Assembly (NCBI RefSeq): GCF_001447785.1
Contig: NW_015173136.1
Span: 101,954 to 165,953, forward strand
Direction of reading: 5' to 3'
Length of the DNA stretch: 64,000 nt
DNA from: Gekko japonicus
Lineage: Eukaryota
Shown: piece after piece, positions 1 to 11,232 of the stretch
Position numbering within the stretch: position 1 is the stretch's first letter
Layout of the letters: the number at the start of each line of letters is the position of its first letter
The notes under the pieces: generated by a model
Told to the model about the DNA's origin: nothing
The model's input: only the letters and a program-made list of their open reading frames with translations
The model's database searches: none
Position numbers and translations under genes: made by a program

Positions 1-793
1 TTCTAACCAACTTCATGACAGATGGAGTCCCTCCCCCTCCCTGAAAGGCAAGTCAGCCGGCTCCTGCCTTCCCAAAGCTCCAGGGAAATGAAGCCAGAGG
101 GAGGGGTTGGGTACCTTTGCTGTGCTAATTAACCCCAGTGCTGCCCCAGCAGTGAGTCAGCAGCCCCGGCTGACTCAGCTGGGCAGCGGTGGCCTCACTG
201 CACCAGTGCCAGCCCAGCCACCCTGGGTCATATGAAGGCATCCGACCTGGCGATTCCTCTGCTGGGTGATCCCTGCGGTCCCCTGTGTTTAGCTCAGCAT
301 CCATGAAGGGAACACACGGAAGGCGCCAGCACCTCCGGCTCCTATTTGACACTGCAGCTTCATTAAAGCACTGATGGATCCTCTGCAGCAGCCCAGGGTG
401 GGCTCGTATTGCCAGGTCTGTCGCCTGAGCATATTTGACTAATGGAGCCGGGCTCTGGCTTTAATTAACCTCCCCTACTGCAAGCTGGCACTCTCTGTCG
501 CCTTGGGCTTCACTTGCCAAGAGACCACACATGGCTTCAAATGCTGGGAGATTTGTCCCACCGTCTTGCATGGGGCTGTGGCAAAGGTTGGACACAGGTT
601 GAATGTGTGAAAGGGTGACTCAGGGAAGACTGCAGCTCACCAGTGCTGCTGAATGCCCTGCAGAGACTTGCTGCTGGAACAGCACCAGGGTTAATTATGT
701 TTAAAACATATTATCTGTTATTTAAATGTGTGGGGTGTGGCTGTAATTTAAGGGGGCATGGCCACGAAATGCCCCACTGTAGCTATGGGCCTG
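1..793. mobile_element. Right part of a probable non-autonomous DNA transposon (left end outside window)
   Basis: GC-rich block ending TAGCTATGGGCCTG (791-793 = CTG, a CAGG-type TIR when reversed). Internal imperfect inverted repeat 126-163 / 659-697 (TAATTAACCC..GTGCTG..CCAGCAG). TSD cannot be checked. Confidence 0.35.
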
Positions 794-1127
794 ATCACAA
801 ACCATAGTGTAGATTGGAATCCCTTAATTTTAATTAATATTCCTTGAAAATGTATAGTTATTCCCCATCAGCTCCACCTAAGCTCTGTTTCCTTGTAGAG
901 TCATGGTATTGATGTCAGCCACCTCCTCTGCTGACAAGTATAAATCTTGTCCCTGTCTCCCTTCCAGTTCTAGTGTCCAGTTCTGCTTCCTTCCTATCCT
1001 CCATTTTTCCATTTTGATTCATACCCTTTCTGAGTTCCTCATGCACTTTTGCCCACTCTGTTGACCAGTGTCCCAGAGCACCCCATCCACAGGTTCTCTG
1101 TGAAAAATTCCATCCCGCACTCCAGGT

Positions 1128-1870
1128 CAGGGGTCCCCAACCTTTTTGAGCCTGTGGGCATCTTTGGAATTTTGACACAGCATGGTTGGCACTGCCACAA
1201 AATGGGATTTTGCAAGCTCTGTGCACGAAAATAGGAAGGGAACCCAAAGGAATGCCAGGCAAAGGGGGGGGACCTCTTGAAACTGACAAGACTAGTTTGA
1301 CACTGACAAATTAGCAGTCCTTCTAGTGGAAGCCCATAGAAAACCCAGACACACGGGGGGGGGGGAGTCTAAGGCTGGAGAATTTCACCTCCTGTTGCTT
1401 TGAAGTTCCTGCCACCTGTTGCTTTGAAGTTTGGTAAACATTTTCATTGAGTGGAGACAGTCTATCTGGAAATGTATCCATCACCAACCAGCACAAACCT
1501 CCACAAACAGCTTGAAAATTTGTGTAAAGTTCATCTCCCCTACAGATAAAAGCTCTGCTGAGGCAGCAGTGCTGAAGGTGGGCAGGTGAGAGGGAGCCTC
1601 TGCCACCCCACCGCCTCTGAAGTGGTAGTGCTAGAGGCAGGTGGGAGGGCAAAGGGTAGCTTCTGCCCCCCACCATTCCCCTCACTGCTGAGGCAGCAGT
1701 GCTGGAGGTGGATGAGTGGGCAGGGTGGAGGGAGGAGCCTATACCTCCTGCTCACCATCTCTCCTCTGCAGGTGGACCAGGGAAAGGAATGGACTGACAG
1801 GGAGGGGGATGGCCAAGTGATCCCCCACAAGTCTCTTAGTGGGTGAGGAGGGGAGTGGGAGGTACCCAAC
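1128..1870 (+). mobile_element. hAT-type MITE left end plus GC-rich internal sequence
   Basis: Starts CAGGGGTCCCCAACCTTTTT, a typical hAT-Charlie-like terminus. Internal direct repeat CTGCTGAGGCAGCAGTGCTG at about 1555 and 1685. No matching right end found. Confidence 0.45.
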
Positions 1871-4320
1871 AAGTAGTGGGATTTGTGTCACTACTTCTTC
1901 AATCCTAAATAGAAGCTGATAGACTCCTAAGCTGATAGACTTCAGTGGACTTACAAGGGTGTAACTCTGCTTAGAATGGCACTATTATACTATTGTCCTT
2001 TTTGTTTCCTTGGAGTAAGCCTATTGAATAAACAGGAATTTACTTCTTATTAGAGCTACTTAGGATTGATCCCAAAACTTCTTTGTTCATAGTATAATAT
2101 AAACTGGAGAATATCAGCAGCTCTATGATGAGCATTAGATAAGGATCAGCATGTCTTGTGTCAATGTCTGGAGCCAATGGCCCTGAAACATATTCTGGCC
2201 TTTCAATAGAATGATGCTGTATATATCACTGACAAAGGAAAGGACAATTGCTTCCTTCCAAGTTGAACTTTGAGGAAGTTCAGCTTTTATAGAAGGGGAG
2301 GAGTATCTCTGTTTGTTTAGAAACACCTGACATACTTATTAAAATTGCACATCCGTCAAACTTTAAACCAAATAGATTGACACAAGGATTGTCTGTGCAA
2401 TTTACCTGGAAACATTAATGGAAGATATTTCAAGGAAGTAGCTGCTAATGTATTAAGTCTGTTGATGATACCCCGGAGATGGGTTATACCTCTTGTGTGC
2501 AAACATTTCATAAGTTATTTTATCTTGCCTTAACTTGTTCAAAAATACAAGAAAAATAAGAGGAAAATGAAGGAAAATGTGTTTTTGAAATGTCCAGAAA
2601 GCCACATTTTCCAAGTGCTGGTAGATCCTTTGACTTCCATTTGCAAGCAGACAAACAAAACAAACCCCAACGATTTGAGAATTTTCCACCAATGCACAAA
2701 GTAGAAAGGCAGAAGTAATACATGCTTCCTGTCCCTTGCCAATGATCAGTTCAACAGTTTTCCACATATGAGTGTTTTCTCCCCTGAAAAGAATACATTT
2801 ACCAGCTGGGGAAAAAGTGTGACATTTGATAAAGAATATTAGACATTTTTAAACTAGTGTGACTCATTGAGCTATAGCCAAAATCTAGTTCTAAATCTTC
2901 AGACTTTCAGAGTAAATAAGCATAGTATAAAAAGGCAGAACCATAGCAAATAGACATTCTTTGATCAATCTGTGGTCTGGTGAAATGAATAGCTTCACAG
3001 ATGAGTCTAAATCGGGTGTTTGGGGACTATGCCTGGTACAAGTGTGCTAATAGGATGGTTTGCTCAGGAGTTGCTACAGCTTGGACAATCAAAGGTACTT
3101 TGCTTACAACTGCACTGTAGCCACAGGAATCAAGCTAGGTACATTCTTGAACAACGCAGCACATAAATCTTTGCAACTTCACTGTCTATATTTGTGTATG
3201 CAAATTAGCTTATTTTAAGAAAGACAGCTTGTTCTTCACTGTTGCATGTGATATTTTTAAAATTCATACCTTGCAGAAGGGCATGACCTATCAATGAAGT
3301 AGAGAAGCAACATTGTGTCTCTTACCTTTTTTCGAGAATTGCATTCAGTAAACTGAAAACTGGTACAAAGGTTTGGAGGATCCGGAAACAAAAAGTGGAC
3401 ACCAAATGCACTGATAATGGAAACCCAAGATATTTCTAAGAGAAGCATGTAATCCTTACTGTTAGATAATTATAATTCATCACCTATAAGCATTGCAGCT
3501 ACAAGCACTACAGATTTTCTATTCAGAATTTGGTAAACAGTTAATCCCACCACTGGACTAGAATAGTGAATATACAGCATTAATTACTGAATGCAGTGCA
3601 GAGTGGATTTAGCAAGTACCTTTTAAGAAGTAAAATTAACCCTGCTTGACAACATTTGGAGCTTTCTTTAACGCTAAATAAATCTGATACTCCCAACTTG
3701 GTTACTTTCAAACTGAGTGCTGATAGTTGTAATACTTAGGTGTATTTTGCAGGTTTAATTTATTCAACAAAAGCCTTTAAAAGGTCAGAGGCATAAATAC
3801 CTTTTTACTACTACTGTTTATATTCTGAAATCCAGCCTGGAGATGGAGAAAGAAAACCAAATAGCATTTGATTTTTTAAAAATCATGCATAAACAGGAGT
3901 CAGATTCTGGTTTTGTAACTTAGCCTAGTACTACCAGACCTTTGGAGTCATTTTAACACATTTTTAAAGATCTTCCTTTGTGAACTTTTCCCCAGGCATA
4001 TGACTACTCTTTAGGGAAAAAGAAAAGTGCATAGCTGACCTATGTTATCAGCAGGCCCATTTTTAATTCAGTATATTATTCTGCCCTTGTCTCCTATGAT
4101 ATGTTAACAGCTTTTATAAGGAAAGACCACAATGTGATAAAAATTGAACCATGTCTTTTTATATTTTGGATATTTTCTTCTGTTATCAAAACTTTATGGC
4201 ACTGTTCAAGTATGACTGCATATCATAACATATACCTGTATGCCTTGAGACCTAGAATTTCTTAAACCTCATCACAGTTATGTTCAGAGGCTAGTTGTGA
4301 CACTCATTGTTGAGGGAAAG

Positions 4321-4596
4321 AGGAGGAGGAGGAGATTGGATTTATACCCCGCCCTTCACTACCCAAAGGTGTCTCAGAGTGGCTTGCAAACTCCTTTCCC
4401 TTCCCCTCCCCACAACAGACACCCTGTGAGGTGGGTGGGGCTGAGAGAACTCTGACACAAACGGCTCTTTTTCAAGGACAGCTGTGCCAGAGCTTGCGAC
4501 TGACCCAAGGTCACATCAGCAGGTGCAAGTGGAGGAGTGGGAAATCAAACCCGGTTCTCCCAGATTAGAGTCCGCACACTTAACCACTACACCAAA
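4321..4596 (-). mobile_element. tRNA-derived SINE (Squam3-type)
   Basis: Reverse strand reads TTTGGTGTAGTGGTTAAGTGTGCGGACTCTAATCTGGGAGAACCGGGTTTGATT (A and B boxes), an L2-like 3' end GGGCGGGGTATAAATCCAATCT and a (CCT)n tail. Very similar to the copies at 33576 and 42003. Confidence 0.9.
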
Positions 4597-4625
4597 GAAA
4601 CATACATATTTCAAAGCCACTGGGT

Positions 4626-5190
4626 CAGTTCAGACATCATGTGAAACCATAATTTAATTAAACTATGATCAGTGTGATTGTCTGAACATAGATGTAATGG
4701 ATAGTAAATTGCTAATGCTTTAACCTGGTCTGAGAACCTTGAGTGACAAGGAATTCAAATGGAGTTCTACCGTTGAGAGCCTCAGTTAAAGAGTGGCAGT
4801 TAAGAATGACAGTTGAGAGTGGAGTGACAAACAGTGCAGTGAAGCAGAGTGAAGGATCAAGGAGGATCCTGAATTAGGGAAGTTGGACTAGTAACCCTTC
4901 CCTAAGGGAAATAGCTCCTAGTAAGGGGGTGATCCCTTCCAAGTAGTTAAAATGGTAAACTGGAACTTGTGTGAATGTTCCTGCCTTCACTAATTTATGT
5001 ATTTTTGAGACAAAGAAGCTCACGCTTGTTTATTTAAGCAGTGACTACCAAAAGATCTCTGAACAGTTTTAAAGACTTGTCTGTATAAAAAAACAGTTAA
5101 TTGATTGGGTTTATAAAGATAAAATAAACCATTAAAGTTGGTTTATTAACCATGTTAGTCTTACCTATAGTTTTGCATGATGTCTGAATC
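4626..5190. mobile_element. Old inverted-repeat element, possibly holding an LTR-like fragment
   Basis: TTCAGACATCATG(TG)AAAC near 4629 is inverted by GTTTTGCATGATGTCTGAA near 5170-5188. Same TTCAGACAT terminus as the 59026-60362 element. The interior starts TGTAATG and has AATAAA, which is weak LTR evidence. Confidence 0.4.
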
Positions 5191-6953
5191 TTCACTTGTT
5201 CTCTGGTAATGCCCTCTCAAGCTACAGAAATGAGGAAACAAAACCAGCTTTAGTCAAGGCAAACTAGATTTGTCAGTGTGCAGACTAGTTAAACCATACT
5301 TTTCTGTTATCCTGAAACGAACCATTCTCTTTATTATAATTTTATAGAGTCCAGGACTGGCTCTTGGCATTGAAAATGAGTTCTGAACTTCATCCTGTTA
5401 AGCTTTGGTTCAGATAAAACTCTGATTAGTATCTTTGCTTCGGAGGTCTTCAGGACACTGCCAGCTTGCCAAGACTGATACTTTTGCATCCTTCAAACAG
5501 CATAGTAATATTTGTTTTCCCACTCTCTTTGTCTCAAAAATGAACTGCTTTTTGGGTGGGCATTTTGAGCAGAGAAATGGGAAAGGATCAAGTTTCTCTG
5601 CTCAAATTACCCTATCCCAAAGCTATTTTGTCTTTTTAAAAATCATGATGTATGCATAGATGTATGTATTGGTAACATGAAGTTAGCCTTTTAGGTACGC
5701 TAACTTGGAGCTTCACGATGCTTTCTTCAACCATCTTCTTGCTTTGAATCACAAGTGGAAATTCTCTGATATCTCTGGTTTTGGAAACATGCCCATCTAA
5801 ATGCTCCAATCCTTATAACCTACCTAGTCAGAGAAGTTTCAGCCTGCTCTTATCTTCCAGGCAATGAGACTTTTGTAGGCAATGTTGTTGACGCCCCACA
5901 CTGAATTTGAATGTGTCCTGAGGAAAAGATATCTGCCTTTCTATAGGATAGTTTCTGAATCTTTTTTGTATGCTACAGCACCTCTCTGACAGTGCAGAAA
6001 TCTGCCACCTGGATGTGTTGTAGAAAGTATTAGGACCAAGCTGCGTTCATATTTGTTTTTCAATACATAGACTGCTTTGCTTCTTAATGACTACAAAGCC
6101 TATATACAAAGTTCTGGAATAAATTATGTAGAGAAAATCCTCCTCTCCTTTAAACAAGTAATCGAAAAGGCCCCCAAACCTTTCCTCAGCCAAGACTACT
6201 AAATGTAAAAGCCAGTTTATAAATTCAGAAGAATTATATCAAACAGCTTTCCCAGAACTATACCAGTTTAAACTGCTGGCTTTGGAATTACTGGATATCT
6301 CCTGAATCTCAAACATGCTGCACATGGAAAACTAATGTACAGAGAAGAGTGGATTGCAACTCTCTAGCATGCTACTTTTCTTCATGCAGGAAGTGAGGGG
6401 ACCAGGGCTGGTGCTAACATTAGGCCAACTAGGTGACCGCCTAGGGCGCAGTCCTCAGAGGATCACAAAACTGACAATCAGCATTAGGGTGTGAAATCTG
6501 TCACATGTCTATCAGGTGTAAATTTTCTAGTAAAAAAGGAGGAAGTTGAGGTAAACAGTGTGAATCCTCCTGTCATAAACCTTCCAAGGGTGAATTCTCT
6601 ATGCAATTGCCTAGAACAAAAGTAGCAGTTAGCAGGAGGGGGTGTGTGAAATCGGTGTGTACCAAAAGGAATTACACAATTCCACACAGGAAACAATGGG
6701 AGAGCCTTGAAGGCCCATTGGAAATAATGGGAGCCAGGAACGCCAATTGACTTGGATGGGCTCCACTGAAATACATTACAGCACAAGAAGAGTTGCAAAG
6801 AAAATGCTGAATGGATTTTCCACTAAGGTCTCTGGGCCCAAATAGACTACTCTGGGACTGGAATGACAGGCCCCAGAGTGGAATGACAGCCCCCGGGGGT
6901 AGCAGAAGTGTTCTGGGACTGACAGCCTCTAGTGGTAGCAGAAGTGTTCTGGG

Positions 6954-8245
6954 CACAGTTCCCTCTAAACTGTGTTAAGGGGCGCTGACACACAACATTT
7001 CAGAGGCTAAGAGAATTTCTGCTTCAGCTCACAACCGCGCTTCCATAGGAAACAATGGAGGATGGGGGCACCTCCTTCTGGGGCCCACAGAATTGGGCCT
7101 CCAGTCCAATCTGTTTGGAACTTGGTGTTGTTTTTCCCCTGAGGAGATGCACCAGCAGCTATGCTGCAAAATTGGTGGCTGTAACTCAAAAAAACAGCCC
7201 CCCCCCAGAGCCCCAGATACCCCTGGATTGATTCTCCCTTATAGCCTATAGGGTCCATCAACTACAATGGTCCCCATAGGCTATAATTGAGCCAGAAAAA
7301 AAAGATTTTTTTGCACATCCCTATTAGGCTTTTCAGTATTACTTGTAAGCTGCCTTGAGTCACAGGGAAAAGTGGGATATAATAAATCTGAATACATAAG
7401 TAGTTTGGGCATGCTAACATTTATGCAACTTCATGTTTGTCAGGTTAGGCAGTGTTCTGACAGTGATTCTTCCACCTCTGTTATAATTGACCTGTAATGC
7501 CGGTTGTCATATTTCCCTAAAAAAACAAAGTAGACTGCAAGAGTTTCCCACTCCTAAGTGCTGGTATGTTTTTTAAGGGTCAGTGCAGGGCAATGGTCCA
7601 AGACCAAGTCTACCAGTATAGTGGACTGGGGTGGGTAGACCTGTTCTCCAGAGGCCAGGTCTACCAATATAGTGGAAAGGGGTGGGTAGACCTGTTCTCC
7701 AAAGGCCAGGTCTACCAAAATAGTGGAAAGGGGTGAGCAGACCTGTTCTCTGGAAGCCAGGTCTACCAAAATAGTGGAAAGGGGTGGGCAGACCTGTTCT
7801 CTGGAGGCCAGATCTACCAATATAGTGGAAATGGGTGGGTAGACCTGCTCTCCATAGGCCAGGTCTACTAATATAGTGGACTGGGCAGGGAGACCATGTC
7901 TACCAATATAGTGGACTGGGGCAAGTAGACCTGTTCTCTTGAATCTAGGTCTACTGATATAGTGGAAAGGGGCAGGGAGACCTGTTCTCTGGAGGCCTGG
8001 ACTACCCCTGTATAGGATAACATTTTGTGTAATTAAATTTGACTTGATTCTGTTTAAATTATTCTTAAAATACAGTTTAAAAGAATTCATTCTGAGATTT
8101 TTACAAGGTTATGGAAATAATCTTCTAAAAATAATTTATGCAATGGTCAAATGTAGACTTGCTCCCATCTTGAATGCTACTAGCTTTTTTTGCTCACGAG
8201 GTAGAAGTCCTGCTCACAACACTGTGGAGCTTAGAGGGAACATTG
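6954..8245 (+). mobile_element. Nested non-autonomous hAT element (1292 bp), CAGTGTTCCCTCTAA TIR family
   Basis: Ends CACAGTTCCCTCTAA and TTAGAGGGAACATTG. Perfect TSD GTTCTGGG at 6946-6953 and 8246-8253. Same termini as the 206-bp MITEs at 39691 and 60077. Confidence 0.9.
7606..8006. repeat. 51-bp minisatellite, about 8 units, each containing an inverted repeat
   Basis: Units start at about 7606, 7657, 7708, 7759, 7810, 7861, 7896 and 7947. Consensus AGGTCTACCAATATAGTGGAAAGGGGTGGGTAGACCTGTTCTCYRGAGGCC. This explains the 17-aa periodicity of ORF 7554-8090. Confidence 0.95.
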
Positions 8246-8476
8246 GTTCTGGGACTGAAATAACAGGCCCCAGAGTGGAATGACAGCCCCTAGACGTAGC
8301 ATACGTATACTGGGACTGGAATTACAGGCCCCAGAGTGGAATGACAGCCCCTGGGAGTAGCAGAAGTGTTCTGGGACTAGAATGACAGTTCCCAGAGTGG
8401 AATGATAGCCTCTGGGAGTAACAGAAGTGTTTTGGGACATCCAAAGTCTATGCCACCACAAGGAGTGCGTCTCTTC

Positions 8477-8725
8477 ATACTGCAACAAAAACTTCTGGAT
8501 GTTTCTGTTGCTCTAAGGATCCTTCTCACATTTCCAGTGTCAGTGGCAAGTGGTGAACGTGGTTTCTCAAAGCTCAAACTTATAAAAACATACATACGTT
8601 CAACAATGCTGCAAAAGAGACTTGGTTTGGCAACTATATCAATTGAACACGCAGAAGCATCAGCACTTGATCTGAAGGAATTGGTGACAAAATATGCAAA
8701 AAAGGCACACAAAATGAGATTTTGA
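8477..8725 (+). pseudogene. hAT transposase C-terminal dimerization-domain remnant (ZMYM1-like / Tip100-type)
   Basis: VSVALRILLTFPVSVASGERGFSKLKLIKTYIRSTMLQKRLGLATISIEH...KYAKKAHKMRF* matches the hAT dimerization motif (P.S.AS.ER.FS.LK.IK...RSTM...RL). The catalytic core is missing. Confidence 0.92.
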
Positions 8726-9838
8726 TGTGCCTGAGCAGGGTATAATGACACTGAGTCCACCATTTTCTCCAGAGGAATGGATCTCTGCTACCTAAAGAAC
8801 AGTTGTAATTTTGAGTGATCTCCAGCCCTCACCTCGAGATTGGCAACGATGGTTCCCCAGAAGGGAATTGTTGGTTTGGAGGGTGGAGTTTATGGCTTTG
8901 TACCTGTTCGAGGTCCCACGCCTCCTGAAACCTCACCCTCTCCAGGCTCCATCCCTCACATCTCCAGGAATTTGCCACCTGGAGTTGGCAACCCTATCTC
9001 CTTCCCAGCCAATCATCAACCTACCTTTATTTTCCCCTCACTCTTCAGCTTTCCACCCCCCACACACCTGCAGCCTCTCCTGTGCTCTGAAGCCCTGACT
9101 GCTACGTCACATTGGCTGTCATACGGGGGCCACCTCAGCAGCATATAAGGATACAGAGCCCACCATTTTCTCCAGGGGAACTGATCTCTGCCATCTGGAA
9201 AGCAGTTGTAATTCTGAGTGTTCTCCAGCCCTCACCTGGAGATTGGACACATTTTACCTCAGAACAGCAAACTGTTTAGAATGTTAGAGGCAAAAGCCAA
9301 TCAAGTCGCATATGCAAACGACCTCTGCGTTCCGAGGCAAAGGTCAATGAGGCTGCATATGCAAATAACCTCTGTGTTCTGACTGGCTATGGGGGGGGAG
9401 AGGAACAGCAAAATGTTTAGAATGTTGGAGGCGAGACTCAAGCAATGCAGCCAGTGGATAGGGACAGATTCTGAGTGACACACCAGGGCGCCAACCAATT
9501 CCGGAGTGTGTGGAATGTTCTAGAGGTGCCACCACCATTCGGCTTTTATATATAAGGGAGATTCTCGCAATGTTTTTTAAAAAAATAGCAATTTCAAGTT
9601 TTGTGTTTTTCATTTTTCCTGCAATTCATCTGCTTTTGAAAACTGGTTAGCAGTGGGGACGGGGCGCAAGTAATTAGCCTTGCCTAGGGTGCAAAAAAGC
9701 CTGGCAAAGGCCCTGGAGGGGACTGGAGCAGAGGGAATGTGGATAGACCTGCCATGTGGTGGCCTAAAGAGGTTGATGGGCTACAAAGGAGAAGAGGAGA
9801 AAAACGCAAGTTGCTTTGGGTTCCCACTTGTGTATAAA

Positions 9839-10057
9839 TAGGGTTGCCAGCTTCCAGGTGGAGCTTGGTGGTTTACCAAAATGACAACTGATCTCCAGAC
9901 TATGGAGATCAGTTCCCTTGAAGGAAACAACAGCTTTGGAGGGTGAACTCTATGGAATCAAATCCCTGCTGAGCTCCCTCCCCTCCCCAAACACCACCCT
10001 CCGGAAGCTCCACTCCCAAATAGCCAGGCATGTCCCAAGATGGAGGTGGTAACCCTA
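9839..10057 (-). mobile_element. TAGGGTTGCCA-family hAT-type MITE
   Basis: Ends TAGGGTTGCCA and TGGTAACCCTA. TSD TGTATAAA/AGTATAAA (1 mismatch). Inserted into a LINE/SINE-type A-rich tail. Confidence 0.85.
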
Positions 10058-10232
10058 AGTATAAATGAAATAAGCAAATAAATCAATAAATAAGTAGCTA
10101 CATATTAAGAAAAAGTTTTTGATGTGGGCTACCTCTAATCACTACCAAATCCAGGACAGGAGCAGCCCACTGCCAAAATCCCTTCTGTTTCACAACTAAA
10201 GACAACTAGACAATTTTTGTCCAAAGAAACTG

Positions 10233-10420
10233 TGCGTGTGTAAAGTGCTGTCAAGTCGCAGCTGACTTATGGGGACCCCAGCAAGGGGCTTTCAAGGCAA
10301 GTGAGAAGCAGAGGTAGTTTGCCATTGCATTCCTGTGCAGTCTTCCTTGGTGGTCTCTCTTCCATCCAAGTATGGACTCCGCTTAGTTTCTGAGATCAGA
10401 TCAGGCTATATGCCACCTTC
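10233..10420 (-). mobile_element. 5S rRNA-derived SINE with RTE/Bov-B-type tail (5S-Sauria-like)
   Basis: Reverse strand GCCTGATCTGATCTCAGAAACTAAGC...TACTTGGATGG..GAGACC resembles 5S rRNA (GATCTCGGAAGCTAAGC...TACTTGGATGGGAGACC). Tail GGGTCCCCATAAGTCAGCTGCGACTTGACAGCACTTTACACAC. Confidence 0.8.
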
Positions 10421-10888
10421 CCTCCCCGCAAAGAAATTAAATCCATTTTACTTAGTTTTTCTGGTGTTGTAATATTCCTTGAAATGGCTTGCTAAAGTTG
10501 CTCTGATGCAGCCTTTCTGCCTGGATTCTCCAGTGACATCGCACTTTCCATTTTGCTACATGAGGTTTCTTGAACTTGTTAGGTGCTAGAGATCACTTGG
10601 CACATGTTAAAATCACATTTATCATGTGTGAACTGAGACCTTTACAAAGCAGCCTACCACTGAACCTCTCTCTTGCAAGTTTACTGGGTCTCGTTTTCTT
10701 TATGAGTGCAATGAAAGGAACTCCGTTCATGCCACTAACCCCATCCATTATTAATTATAATTATTATCAATTTTCCCATCATAACAGTTGTTTGTTTGCA
10801 CAAACTATTTATAAATGAGGGCATAGATATACAAAGTGTCATGCCAGGTAAAATGTTCTAGTGCCTTTAAAATCCATATCATACAGTC

Positions 10889-10975
10889 ACAGTGCAATCC
10901 TGTGCAGAAATAATACATGTAAGATCACTGATTTGAATAGTCTTAGACTGGAATAACCCTGCATAGGACTGCACA
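10889..10975. mobile_element. About 85-bp palindromic MITE (CAGTGCAATCCT...AGGATTGCACTG family)
   Basis: Self-complementary ends GTGCAATCCTGTGCAGA / CCTGCATAGGACTGCAC. Related copies at about 1900-1983, 12714-12802, 30922-30995, 32552-32722 and 52439-53091. Confidence 0.75.
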
Positions 10976-11069
10976 ATCAATATTATTGGTAACTGGAAAG
11001 CCTGAACATTGTACACCAGCTTAATTACTCATTGAATGCACCTGTTCAGAAACATTTTTCTCCCCAAGA

Positions 11070-11232
11070 GTATAGCAAATCAAATGTAACCATTCTCCTC
11101 TCCTCCATCACAACAATGCTGTGAGGTAGGTTAGTCTGAGAGTATGACCGACCTAAGGTCACCCAGCCAGCTTTCATGGGAGACTGGGGATTCAACCCCA
11201 TCCCACTCTGACAGTCTAACCATTAGACCACA
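11070..11232 (-). mobile_element. Older Squam3/MIR-related SINE fragment
   Basis: CACAACAATGCTGTGAGGTAGGTTAGTCTGAGAG...AAGGTCACCCAG...TAACCATTAGACCAC, colinear with the other SINE copies. Confidence 0.7.

Larger units (their letters stand above)
6829..8438 (+). repeat. About 60-bp minisatellite of the outer hAT, split by the nested element (6829-6953 and 8246-8438)
   Basis: Unit close to GTTCTGGGACTGGAATGACAGGCCCCAGAGTGGAATGACAGCCCC(T)GGGAGTAGCAGAAGT, repeated on both sides of the insertion. Confidence 0.85.
6403..9715 (+). mobile_element. Composite, internally deleted hAT DNA transposon (3313 bp)
   Basis: Ends CAGGGCTGGTGCTA and TGGCAAAGGCCCTG. Perfect 8-bp TSD GAGGGGAC at 6395-6402 and 9716-9723. 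Contains a transposase C-terminus. Confidence 0.9.

Noticed and set aside
2100-4300. Possible 3' UTR of an upstream gene
   Set aside because: AT-rich and repeat-poor, but no terminal coding exon or clear polyadenylation site could be identified.
7554-8090. 178-aa repetitive ORF / CRISPR-like array
   Set aside because: It is the translation of a 51-bp minisatellite. There are no unique spacers, no cas genes, and the context is eukaryotic.
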